Positions 52,774 through 60,865 of a DNA stretch of 64,000 nucleotides are shown piece after piece (positions within the stretch are counted from its first letter, which is position 1; the number at the start of each line of letters is the position of its first letter). The translations under genes and the position numbers were made by a program. Below the pieces are notes generated by a model. The model saw only the letters and a list, made by a program, of their open reading frames with translations. It was not told where the DNA came from and did no database searches. The DNA lies in NCBI GenBank assembly GCA_963784325.1, contig CAWARC010000042.1, forward strand, positions 26,841-90,840, written 5' to 3'. This DNA comes from an uncultured Alphaproteobacteria bacterium. GTDB taxonomy: Bacteria > Pseudomonadota > Alphaproteobacteria > Rhizobiales > Xanthobacteraceae.

Positions 52774-54675
52774 ATGAACAAGACCGTTATGGCCGAGAAA
52801 GTCAACGTTCTGCTGGTCGACGATCAGCCCGATAAGCTTATGGCCTACGAGGTCATCCTCGGCGACCTCGATGAGAATCTGGTCAAAACCGCGTCGGCGC
52901 GCGAGGCCTTGCAGTTTCTGCTCAAGAACGACGTTGCCGTTGTTCTCATCGACGTGTGCATGCCGGAACTCGACGGCTTTCAATTGGCGGCGATGATCCG
53001 CGAGCACCCACGGTTTCGCAAGACGGCGATCATCTTCATCTCGGCCATTCATCTGACCGACGTCGATCGGCTGCGCGGCTATGAGATGGGTGCGGTCGAC
53101 TACGTGCCGGTTCCGGTCGTGCCCGAAGTCCTACGCGCCAAGGTGCGAGTGTTCGCCGAATTGTTCCGCAAGACGCGCGAGCTCGAGCGGCTGAATTCGA
53201 CGCTCGAACGCCACGTCGCCGAGCGGACCGCCGAGTTGCAAGCCTCCAACGCGCGACTGCTCGAAAGCGAGCAGCAATTGCGGCTGGCGACCGAGGCCGC
53301 CGAAATCGGCTTGTGGGACGTCGACACGGTCACCGATACGCTGTTCTGGCCGCCACGCGTCAAGGCCATGTTCGGGATCGCGCCGGACGTGTCCGTGAGC
53401 ATGGCGGATTTCTATGAAGGTTTGCATCCCGACGATAAGGAGACAATCATCGCGGCCTTTGCCGCAGCTTGCGACCCGCAAAAGCGCGCACTCTACGATG
53501 TCGAGTATCGCACTGTCGGCAAGGAAGACGGCGTTATTCGCTGGGTCGCGGCCAAGGGCCGCGCAGTCTTTGACGCCGATGGAAAATGCGTTCGCGTGAT
53601 CGGCACCGCACTTGATATTTCCAAACGCAAGGAAGCGGAGGAGCGTCAAGTGTTGCTGGCGCGCGAGGTCGATCATCGCGCCCGCAACGCGCTCGCCGTG
53701 ATCCAATCGATCATCCGGCTCACGCGCGCCAAAACCGTCGACGATTACGTGCAGGCAATCGAGGGCCGCATCAAGGCGCTGGCGCGTGCGCACACGTTGT
53801 TGTCGGATTCGCGCTGGCACGGCGCCGATCTGGCGACTTTGGTCACCGAGGAACTCGCGCCCTATCGCGGCGGCGACAAGATCACGATCCGCGGGCCCGA
53901 TATCTCGCTGCAGCCGGCGACTGCGCAGGGACTGGCGCTGGCGCTGCACGAGCTTGCCACCAACGCCGCCAAGCACGGCGCGCTGTCCTCGCCCAGCGGC
54001 AAGATTACGCTCGACTGGCAATTGCATAGCGACTCCTTGGCGCTGAATTGGGCGGAAACCGGCGGCCCCGACATCGCCTCGCCGTCGTCGCGAAGCTTCG
54101 GCCTCAAGGTCATCGTCGCCAGCATCGAGCAGCAGCTTGGCGGCAAAGCGGCATTCGACTGGGATCCAAAAGGTCTGCGCTGCGCATTCTCGATACCGCG
54201 CAGCGAGCTGACGAAGTCGCGGGCACTCAATGCCTTGCGCGATAACGGTCAAGCCAATGGCGCCGTCATCGGGCTCAAACGCGACGAGAAGCCGCGCGTG
54301 CTTCTGGTCGAAGACGAAGCACTGGTCGCCATGATGATCCAGGAAACGATGACCGAGTTCGGCTTCCAGGTGATCGGTCCCGTCAGCACGGCGTCCGAGG
54401 CTTTGGCCGCGGCGCGCAACAGCCAGTTCGAGGCCGCCGTGCTCGACATCAATCTCGGCGACGGCATGGTCTATACAGTCGCCGAGATATTGAGCAAACG
54501 CGGCGTACCATTCGTGTTTGTCACCGGCTATGACGCCGAGAGCGTCGACAGCCGTTTCACCGGCGTGCCGGTCCTGCAAAAGCCCATCGAACGCAATATG
54601 CTGCAGAAGGTCTTTCTGCTCGGTGCCGGGGACACGGTGGCCGCCGACGAACCCCGATCGGCGGCGCGCGCCTGA
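52774..54675 (+). CDS. REC-PAS-HWE/HisKA_2 histidine kinase-REC protein
   Basis: 633 aa, 10 nt after the poly-HAMP gene. N-REC (VLLVDDQPD...VLIDVCMPELDG), PAS (...LWDVDTVTDTLFWPPRVKAMFG...), H-box EVDHRARNALAVIQSI, N-box HELATNAAKHGA, W-x-E (LNWAETGGP) and C-REC (VLLVEDEALV...AVLDINLGDG). Confidence 0.85.
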   Translation: MNKTVMAEKVNVLLVDDQPDKLMAYEVILGDLDENLVKTASAREALQFLLKNDVAVVLIDVCMPELDGFQLAAMIREHPRFRKTAIIFISAIHLTDVDRLRGYEMGAVDYVPVPVVPEVLRAKVRVFAELFRKTRELERLNSTLERHVAERTAELQASNARLLESEQQLRLATEAAEIGLWDVDTVTDTLFWPPRVKAMFGIAPDVSVSMADFYEGLHPDDKETIIAAFAAACDPQKRALYDVEYRTVGKEDGVIRWVAAKGRAVFDADGKCVRVIGTALDISKRKEAEERQVLLAREVDHRARNALAVIQSIIRLTRAKTVDDYVQAIEGRIKALARAHTLLSDSRWHGADLATLVTEELAPYRGGDKITIRGPDISLQPATAQGLALALHELATNAAKHGALSSPSGKITLDWQLHSDSLALNWAETGGPDIASPSSRSFGLKVIVASIEQQLGGKAAFDWDPKGLRCAFSIPRSELTKSRALNALRDNGQANGAVIGLKRDEKPRVLLVEDEALVAMMIQETMTEFGFQVIGPVSTASEALAAARNSQFEAAVLDINLGDGMVYTVAEILSKRGVPFVFVTGYDAESVDSRFTGVPVLQKPIERNMLQKVFLLGAGDTVAADEPRSAARA

Positions 54676-54687
54676 TCGCTTGGCCCG

Positions 54688-56568
54688 TTACGTGTCCAGC
54701 ACCGTGCGCACCTTGGCGGCGAGCTGATCGAGCGTGAACGGCTTGGAGATGAAGTTGACGCCGGTGTCGAGCACCCCGCCGTGCACCACGGCATTGGCGG
54801 TGTAGCCGGTCGTGAACAAAACCTTCAGTCCAGGCCGCCGGCGCACCGCCTCGTCGGCAAGCTTCTTGCCGTTGATGTCCGGCATCACGACGTCGGTGAA
54901 CAGAAGTTTCACGTCGGTTACACGGTCGAGCGTCGCCAGCGCATTCGCGGCGCCGTCGCAGTCGAACACCGTATAGCCGAGCTCGTGCAACGCCTCGGTG
55001 GCCAGCCGGCGCATCAGCGGGTCGTCCTCGACCACCAAGATGATTTCATTGCGATCGCCGGTGCGCATCGGTTCGAGCGTCGTGCGCTTGATATCTTTGG
55101 CGTCGGCGATGAGGCGGGGCAGATAAATCTTCACGGTGGTGCCGGAGCCGGGCTCGCTATAGATCTTGATGTGCCCGCTCGACTGCTTGACGAAGCCGTA
55201 GACCTGGCTCAGCCCGAGGCCGGTGCCTTTGCCGGTGGGTTTGGTGGTGAAAAACGGGTCGAATACGCGCGCGGCGACGTCGGCAGACATGCCGATGCCG
55301 GTGTCTGTCACGGCAATCAATGCGAATTGTCCCGGCTTTACTTCCGGATTCTGTGCGCAATAGGCTTGGTCGAGATGGGCGTTGCCGGTTTCGATCGTGA
55401 GCTTGCCGCCGTCGGGCATGGCGTCGCGGCCGTTGATGGCGATGTTGAGGATGGCGTTCTCGAGTTGCTGGGAATCGGCGAGCACCGTCCATAAGCCTGC
55501 CGCGGTTACCGTCTCGATCTGGATATGCTCGCCCAAGGTGGAATGCAGCAGATCGGACATGGCGGCGATCATCTTGTTGGCATCGAGCGGCTGCGGGGCC
55601 AATGGCTGCTGCCGCGCGAAAGCAAGCAGCCGCTGGGTCAGCGTAGCGGCGCGCTCGCTGGCGATGGTGGCGGCATCGAGAAAACGCTCGATGGCGTAGT
55701 CGCCCTTGGCGATGCGGCGTTTGACCAGATCGAGCGCGCCCATGATGACGCCCAGCATATTGTTGAAGTCGTGGGCGATGCCGCCGGTTAGCTGGCCGAG
55801 GGCCTCCATCTTTTGCGCCTGACGCAGCTGACTTTCGGCCGCTTCGCGGCGTGTCACCTGATCGAGGAGCTGGCGGTTGGCGAGCGCAAGCCGGTCGCGG
55901 GCCGCGGTGAGTGCCGTGAAAGACTCGCGGGTAAATCGAGCCATCAGAAAGCCGGCGGCACAAATCAGCAGAAAGGCGATGGCGACTCCCGCTTGCAGCA
56001 ACATCCCGGAGCGCGCCGCGACCGTCTGGCGCGTCGTCAAAAGCTGGTCCTCCTCCGACTGCATATTGCCGATGCTGCGGCGGATTTCCTGCATCAGTTG
56101 GAAACCCTTATCGCTATTGACGATGGCGAGCGCCGCGTCGTTGTGGCCGGCCTTGTATGCGTCGACGGTGGCGCCCAGCTCAGCGAGCTTGTCTTGGATG
56201 AGCTGACGAAGCTGCGCCAGATTTTTGATTTGCTCCGGATTGTCGCTCGCCAGATCCTGTGTACGCTGCAGGACACCGGGCAGTTGACCTAGCGCCATCT
56301 GATAGGGTCCAAGGTAAAGGTCCTGGCCGGTCAGCAGATAGCCGCGTTGTCCGGTCTCCGCGCTTTGCACGAGGCTCAGAACACGCACCAATTGCGCGCG
56401 CACTTCGAGCGAATGCTGTACCCACTCATCGTCGCTTTCATTGCGCGCGCCCAGCCAAAATGCGGCGCCCACGATGAGGGCCGCGAGCATCGTGGTGACG
56501 ACCAGACTGCGGTTCAGCAGAGCCAGCGGTTTTGGCTCCGACCTTGGCTCGGATGTTGGGTCGGACAA
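54688..56568 (-). CDS. CHASE3 domain hybrid sensor histidine kinase/response regulator
   Basis: 626 aa. TM, then CHASE3 (WVQHSLEVRAQLVRVLSLVQSAETGQRGYLLTG), TM, HisKA (GGIAHDFNNML), HATPase and REC (ILVVEDDPLM...LFTDVVMPDING). The start at 56568 is TTG with a poor RBS, so the start is uncertain. Confidence 0.8.
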   Translation of the reverse strand: MSDPTSEPRSEPKPLALLNRSLVVTTMLAALIVGAAFWLGARNESDDEWVQHSLEVRAQLVRVLSLVQSAETGQRGYLLTGQDLYLGPYQMALGQLPGVLQRTQDLASDNPEQIKNLAQLRQLIQDKLAELGATVDAYKAGHNDAALAIVNSDKGFQLMQEIRRSIGNMQSEEDQLLTTRQTVAARSGMLLQAGVAIAFLLICAAGFLMARFTRESFTALTAARDRLALANRQLLDQVTRREAAESQLRQAQKMEALGQLTGGIAHDFNNMLGVIMGALDLVKRRIAKGDYAIERFLDAATIASERAATLTQRLLAFARQQPLAPQPLDANKMIAAMSDLLHSTLGEHIQIETVTAAGLWTVLADSQQLENAILNIAINGRDAMPDGGKLTIETGNAHLDQAYCAQNPEVKPGQFALIAVTDTGIGMSADVAARVFDPFFTTKPTGKGTGLGLSQVYGFVKQSSGHIKIYSEPGSGTTVKIYLPRLIADAKDIKRTTLEPMRTGDRNEIILVVEDDPLMRRLATEALHELGYTVFDCDGAANALATLDRVTDVKLLFTDVVMPDINGKKLADEAVRRRPGLKVLFTTGYTANAVVHGGVLDTGVNFISKPFTLDQLAAKVRTVLDT

Positions 56569-56730
56569 ATTCGCGCCTGGGCTGATTGGCTCTCATCCAA
56601 AGCATGAAAGCCAAGTGGAAGCTAAGCCGCGATGGCCCCACGCGTGGGTGCCCCAGCGGCAGGTCGGAACATTATCGTAGACGCTTCGAAATTGCCTACA
56701 GCAAAAGACGCAACGCCCATATTCCGACGT

Positions 56731-56755
56731 GGAACTCTGTTCCGTGAGGTGCGTT
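56731..56755 (+). promoter_or_regulatory. Sigma-EcfG-type promoter motif GGAAC-N16-CGTT upstream of the Crp/Fnr-family gene
   Basis: GGAAC at 56731-56735, spacer TCTGTTCCGTGAGGTG, CGTT at 56752-56755. It lies 118 nt upstream of ATG 56873. Confidence 0.55.
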
Positions 56756-56872
56756 TTCCTTCGGAATGACTGATCTGGAAGAATGGATTTTGTAGGCTTC
56801 CATGCAATTTACTCGTCGTAATGTCTGCTCTCTGACATAACAATTCAGCTTAAGCTCTTGAGGACCGCTGGG

Positions 56873-57601
56873 ATGCAGCTCAGTTGCTACCAATGTGAAT
56901 TGCGCGCCTGCGGGTTGTTCAAGCCAATCACGGCGGATGAACTCGCCACCATCGACGCGCTGAAGAAGCAGCACGTAAAGCTGCCGGCCGGCGCCGAAAT
57001 CATTCACGCCGGTGAGGACAGCCCGGAGCTTTACACGCTCTATTCCGGCTGGGCGTTCCGTTTCAAGGCACTGCCTGACGGCCGCAGGCAGATTTTGAAT
57101 TTCCTGTTGCCTGGGGATTTGCTTGGCCTGCAGGCCGCCATGTTCGACGCGGCGCAACACGGCATCGAGGCGCTGACCGACGTGCAGCTCTGCGTCCTGC
57201 CGCGGCGCGACGTCTGGGCGCTGTTCGGTGAAATGCCGGGTCTCGCCTTCGACCTCACTTGGCTCGGCGCGCGCGAAGAAAGCATCGTCGATGAAAACCT
57301 TACCAGCGTCGGGCGGCGCGCCGCCTTGGAGCGCGTAGCTGCCCTGATCATTGCGCTCTACAAGCGCGCCAAGCTATTGGGCCTCGTTAACGACGACAGT
57401 TTCGCTTTTCCGCTGAACCAGCAGCACATTGCCGATGCGCTCGGTCTATCGCTCGTTCACACCAATAAGACCTTGGCGAAGTTGCGGCGCCTGGGGATGT
57501 TCACCAGCAGCAATGGCACGCTGACGCTTACCAATCCGCACGTGCTCGAGCGCGTCGGCCAATTTTTCGACGAGGAAATTCCGCAGCGGCCGCTGATTTG
57601 A
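56873..57601 (+). CDS. Crp/Fnr family transcriptional regulator with N-terminal Cys cluster (Fnr/FnrN-like)
   Basis: The ORF-track start at 56858 is TTG; ATG 56873 gives MQLSCYQCELRACGLF... (C-x2-C-x4-C) plus a central Cys (VQLCVLP). It has a cNMP-binding-like fold and a C-terminal HTH ...IADALGLSLVHTNKTLAKLRRLGM. Confidence 0.75.
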   Translation: MQLSCYQCELRACGLFKPITADELATIDALKKQHVKLPAGAEIIHAGEDSPELYTLYSGWAFRFKALPDGRRQILNFLLPGDLLGLQAAMFDAAQHGIEALTDVQLCVLPRRDVWALFGEMPGLAFDLTWLGAREESIVDENLTSVGRRAALERVAALIIALYKRAKLLGLVNDDSFAFPLNQQHIADALGLSLVHTNKTLAKLRRLGMFTSSNGTLTLTNPHVLERVGQFFDEEIPQRPLI

Positions 57602-57660
57602 TTGCAGCGAAAAAGCCCCGGCCAGTGGCCGGGGCTTTCGCCGAACGAGACATGCTTGCG

Positions 57661-58077
57661 TTATTCGCTGGACTTGTCGGGTACCCAAGTCGTCTTGGTG
57701 CTGTCGTATTTGAAACCGGGCGCCTTCTTGAGTGCGTCCTTGGTCGTAGCCAATGTCAGATAGACCTTGTCGTCTTTCATGGTCTTTTTGATGGAGTTGA
57801 AGCTGACGGCGACATCCTTCTCGCCAGCACCGAGGAATCCGCCGACGCCGACGATCGCGGCCTGGACCTGCCCGTCTTTGGCGACCAGTACGTCCATAAT
57901 TTCGCCGATCTTGGCGTTGGACGGATCGTAGACGTCCTGCTTGTACCAGTCGGTGACCGTCAGGCTCGACGACGGAACGCTGGTCATGAGTCCGGAGCCG
58001 CCGGCCGCCATCGGCTGGGCGAAAGCCGCCGTGGAAAGCAGGAGCGCGCCGGTGGATAGAGCAACTAGCATTTTCAT
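57661..58077 (-). CDS. PRC-barrel domain periplasmic protein
   Basis: ORF 57661..58344 trimmed to ATG 58077 (GGAGG upstream). Signal peptide MKMLVALSTGALLLSTAAFAQ. ...DVYDPSNAKIGEIMDVLVAKDGQVQAAIVGVGGFLGAGEKDVAV. Confidence 0.8.
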   Translation of the reverse strand: MKMLVALSTGALLLSTAAFAQPMAAGGSGLMTSVPSSSLTVTDWYKQDVYDPSNAKIGEIMDVLVAKDGQVQAAIVGVGGFLGAGEKDVAVSFNSIKKTMKDDKVYLTLATTKDALKKAPGFKYDSTKTTWVPDKSSE

Positions 58078-58361
58078 TGTGTGAAATCCTCCAAGGGTGT
58101 GGATTGTGATACAAAACAACGTCCGAAATTGGCATTTGGCTCCAGCTCGCAAAAAAATATTCCACGACGGAACGAAACGTCGTTGAACTGATCGCGCCCT
58201 ACGTGGAAAGCAGACTTCGGTCGAATCGGCCCCGGGCACGCCTGCTGAGGGCGATTCAATATTTCTGGCGACGGATGGCGGCTGTCGTTGTTCCGGGACA
58301 TGCCGACCCCAAGGAGGCCCGTGTTCGAAACGGAACAAAGGCACCCCTAGGGCATTGGCTT

Positions 58362-58445
58362 TTCACGGAAATTGCTCGCCCGGGACAGCGCTGACATTCG
58401 ATCCACAAGGAGATGAAATCCCTCGGCTTCGACCGGGGATTTTTA
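58362..58445 (+). ncRNA. Candidate small RNA (~85 nt) bounded by a near-consensus EcfG-type promoter and an intrinsic terminator
   Basis: GGAAC (58332-58336)-N16-CATT (58353-58356). Terminator hairpin AAATCCCTCGG-CTTCGA-CCGGGGATTT followed by TTTTA (58416-58445). It sits in the 466-bp divergent intergenic region. Ends are predicted, not observed. Confidence 0.25.
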
Positions 58446-58543
58446 TCCTTAAGGCTCCTAGTCTAGCGAAAGAGAGGAACGATTCGCATCGAGCGGCGTA
58501 GTTCAGACGACTTTTACATCGACGCACGAAATCGAAAACCGAC

Positions 58544-59629
58544 ATGAAGCTTTTTAAATGCCAGCATTGCGAGCAGTTGCTCTACTTCGAGAACATCGTG
58601 TGCAAGAAATGCTCGCACCGGCTCGGCTTCATTCCCGAAATCATGAACCTGTCCGCGCTGGAGCAAAACGGCGACGCTTGGCGCGCGCTGGCGGTCGACA
58701 AGAAGAGGTATCGTTTTTGCGCCAACGCCGAATTCAACGTCTGCAACTGGATGGTCGAGGCCGGTTCACCTGACGCCTATTGTGCGGCCTGTCGGCATAA
58801 TCGCACTATTCCTGACACCGGCATCCTGGAAAATCTCTTGGCGTGGCAAAAGATCGAGGTGGCCAAGCATCGGCTGTTCTACACGCTGATGAAGCTCAAT
58901 CTGCCGCTCGACGAGCGCAACGAGAGGGGCGGCGAGCGCCTGGCGTTCGATTTTCTGGCAAGCGCACCGCATGTCGGTGGACCGCGGGTGATGACGGGTC
59001 ACGATAACGGCCTGATCACGCTGGCGCTTGAAGAGGCCGATGACGCCGAGCGCGAGAAGCGTCGTACCATTATGCACGAGCCGTACCGTACGCTGCTCGG
59101 CCATTTCCGCCATGAGGTCGGCCATTATTTTTGGGACCTTCTGGTGCGCGATGGCGGCCTCACTGAGGACTGTCGCAAGATTTTCGGCGACGAGAGTGCG
59201 GATTACGGCGCCGCGCTGCAGTCGTATTACGCCAACGGTGCGCCTTCGAACTGGCAGGACAATTTCATTAGTGCCTACGCTACGTCGCATCCGTGGGAAG
59301 ATTTCGCCGAAACATGGGCGCATTACCTGCATATCGTCGATACGCTGGAAATGGCCCGCGCCTTCGGCATGTATGTGCATCCGCGGCTGGCGCGGCCGGG
59401 CGAGCTCGATGCCCAGGTCGATTTCGATCCATACACCGTGCGCGACCCGTCGCCGCTGATCGAGACTTGGATTCCGTTGAGCAACGCGCTCAACAGCCTC
59501 AACCGGACCATGGGATTATTGGACGTCTATCCGTTCATCCTGTCGCCGCCGGTCGTCGAAAAGCTGAGCGCCATCCACGACCTTATCCACGGCAACAAGC
59601 TGCCGGTGCGGGAAGTGAAAGCGGCTTAA
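58544..59629 (+). CDS. Zinc-ribbon plus putative zinc-binding metallopeptidase family protein
   Basis: 361 aa. MKLFKCQHCEQLLYFENIVCKKCSHRLGF (zinc ribbon). HExxH motif in FRHEVGHYFWD. Confidence 0.7.
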   Translation: MKLFKCQHCEQLLYFENIVCKKCSHRLGFIPEIMNLSALEQNGDAWRALAVDKKRYRFCANAEFNVCNWMVEAGSPDAYCAACRHNRTIPDTGILENLLAWQKIEVAKHRLFYTLMKLNLPLDERNERGGERLAFDFLASAPHVGGPRVMTGHDNGLITLALEEADDAEREKRRTIMHEPYRTLLGHFRHEVGHYFWDLLVRDGGLTEDCRKIFGDESADYGAALQSYYANGAPSNWQDNFISAYATSHPWEDFAETWAHYLHIVDTLEMARAFGMYVHPRLARPGELDAQVDFDPYTVRDPSPLIETWIPLSNALNSLNRTMGLLDVYPFILSPPVVEKLSAIHDLIHGNKLPVREVKAA

Positions 59630-59708
59630 ACATGATCCCAAAACGAAGTGACGTGGCACGGCCTGCGCCGGGTTGCCGACGCAGGCCGCCACGTGGCGGG
59701 GTCTTCAG

Positions 59709-60437
59709 TTAGGCCGGAATGATATCGACGATTTCCAATGTATCCGGATCGATGATCAGGATGTTGTCGCCGACTATGATATAATCAAAGCCCTCGAATT
59801 GCGGGACGACTTCCACAATATCTTGAGGCAGCACTTCGACGTGAACCGTGCGCGGTATCGCGACGCCCACTTCCACGTTGAAGTTCACATTGGTGACGCG
59901 AGCCGCCGAGCTGTGGCCGATGACGGCCTGAATCTTAGTGCGCTGCGTTTGTGACAGCTGAACTTTGGCGCCGCGTGAACCGGTATTCTTGCTGGCGTTC
60001 TGCTCATTGGCCTTCGTGCCGGACTTGCTGTTCTCTTCCTGCGCGCCACGCTGCTCCTGGGTACCGGACTTTTCTTCCTGAGCACCGCGCTGTTGTTCAG
60101 TGCCGCGCTTTTCTTCCTGCGCGCCGCGTTCTTCCTGCGCTCCAGGTTTCTCTTCCTGCGCGCCGCGCTGCGGCATAGTTTGCTTTTGCTCGTCCTGGCC
60201 CATGCGCTGGTCCGGCTTTGCGCCTTGCGCGGGCGTTTGCGCCGATTTGGCGGCGCCAGCTCCGTTGATGTTGCCCTTAAGCGCTCCGCCCATGGCGCCC
60301 GGGGCCTGGTGCTCGGTGCTTTCCGGTTTCGCGGCGGTGCCGCCGCTCGGGGTTTGCATCGTTTGCGCCGACGCTAAGCCGGCGACTCCCACGACTGCCG
60401 CCGCGGCGACCGTCGTCAGCAATAACTTTCTCATCAT
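59709..60437 (-). CDS. DUF1236 domain secreted protein with RGAQEE-rich low-complexity linker
   Basis: 242 aa; signal peptide MMRKLLLTTVAAAAVVGVAGLASAQ. Repeats GAQEEKPGAQEERGAQEEKRG...RGAQEEKSG...RGAQEE. C-terminal ...ARVTNVNFNVEVGVAIPRTVHVEVLPQDIVEVVPQFEGFDYIIVGDNILIIDP. Confidence 0.8.
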   Translation of the reverse strand: MMRKLLLTTVAAAAVVGVAGLASAQTMQTPSGGTAAKPESTEHQAPGAMGGALKGNINGAGAAKSAQTPAQGAKPDQRMGQDEQKQTMPQRGAQEEKPGAQEERGAQEEKRGTEQQRGAQEEKSGTQEQRGAQEENSKSGTKANEQNASKNTGSRGAKVQLSQTQRTKIQAVIGHSSAARVTNVNFNVEVGVAIPRTVHVEVLPQDIVEVVPQFEGFDYIIVGDNILIIDPDTLEIVDIIPA

Positions 60438-60595
60438 GCGTCTCCTGTTTTTCCCTCAAAATCGAGGGACGGCGCTTTGCACCGGCAAACCGCGTTCCCG
60501 ATCGATCATGCACTGCTGCCACAACTCGGATGCAACGCTGGCGTTCCGACGTTGAATGCCGAGATTTGCAGCAATTGGGTGTCGGAAGTGCAGGA

Positions 60596-60621
60596 GGAAC
60601 TTTCATCAGCTAGCCGACGTT
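60596..60621 (+). promoter_or_regulatory. Sigma-EcfG-type promoter motif GGAAC-N17-CGTT
   Basis: GGAAC at 60596-60600, spacer TTTCATCAGCTAGCCGA, CGTT at 60618-60621. It lies 59 nt upstream of ATG 60680. Confidence 0.6.
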
Positions 60622-60679
60622 TATTTGATGACGCCCTTGCCATTCGCCGTGATTGCACTCCAACAAGGAGAACCACGCC

Positions 60680-60844
60680 ATGAGCTCTCCATCCGACCGG
60701 CAGCCGGTCGAGCCGCACCCCGTCGTGCCGACGCAGCAAGCGAGACAGGGCGTCACCGGACATAACGTGCGCTACGTGCTCGGCTTCGGCATTGCCGCGA
60801 TCGTTATCCTGTTCGTGATTATCTGGCTGGCTTACTTCGCGTAG
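60680..60844 (+). CDS. Small single-TM membrane protein (54 aa)
   Basis: AAGGAG at 60665-60670, ATG at 60680: MSSPSDRQPVEPHPVVPTQQARQGVTGHNVRYVLGFGIAAIVILFVIIWLAYFA. Confidence 0.55.
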   Translation: MSSPSDRQPVEPHPVVPTQQARQGVTGHNVRYVLGFGIAAIVILFVIIWLAYFA

Positions 60845-60865
60845 AGATGGTCGCGGCGCGGTCTG

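Noticed and set aside
56666-56704. Possible Fnr/FixK box (TTGCCTACAGCAA, 56692-56704) and a further GGAAC (56666-56670) in the CHASE3/Fnr-like intergenic region.
   Set aside because: The palindrome is 13 bp with TTGC/GCAA arms, not TTGAT-N4-ATCAA. The GGAAC is followed after 16 nt by CGAA, not CGTT.
58413-58466. 17-codon ORF (MKSLGFDRGFLSLRLLV) with an AAGGAG just upstream, inside the sRNA candidate.
   Set aside because: The SD abuts the ATG (zero spacing), and the ORF spans both arms of the terminator hairpin. It is more likely a structural RNA sequence than a peptide gene.
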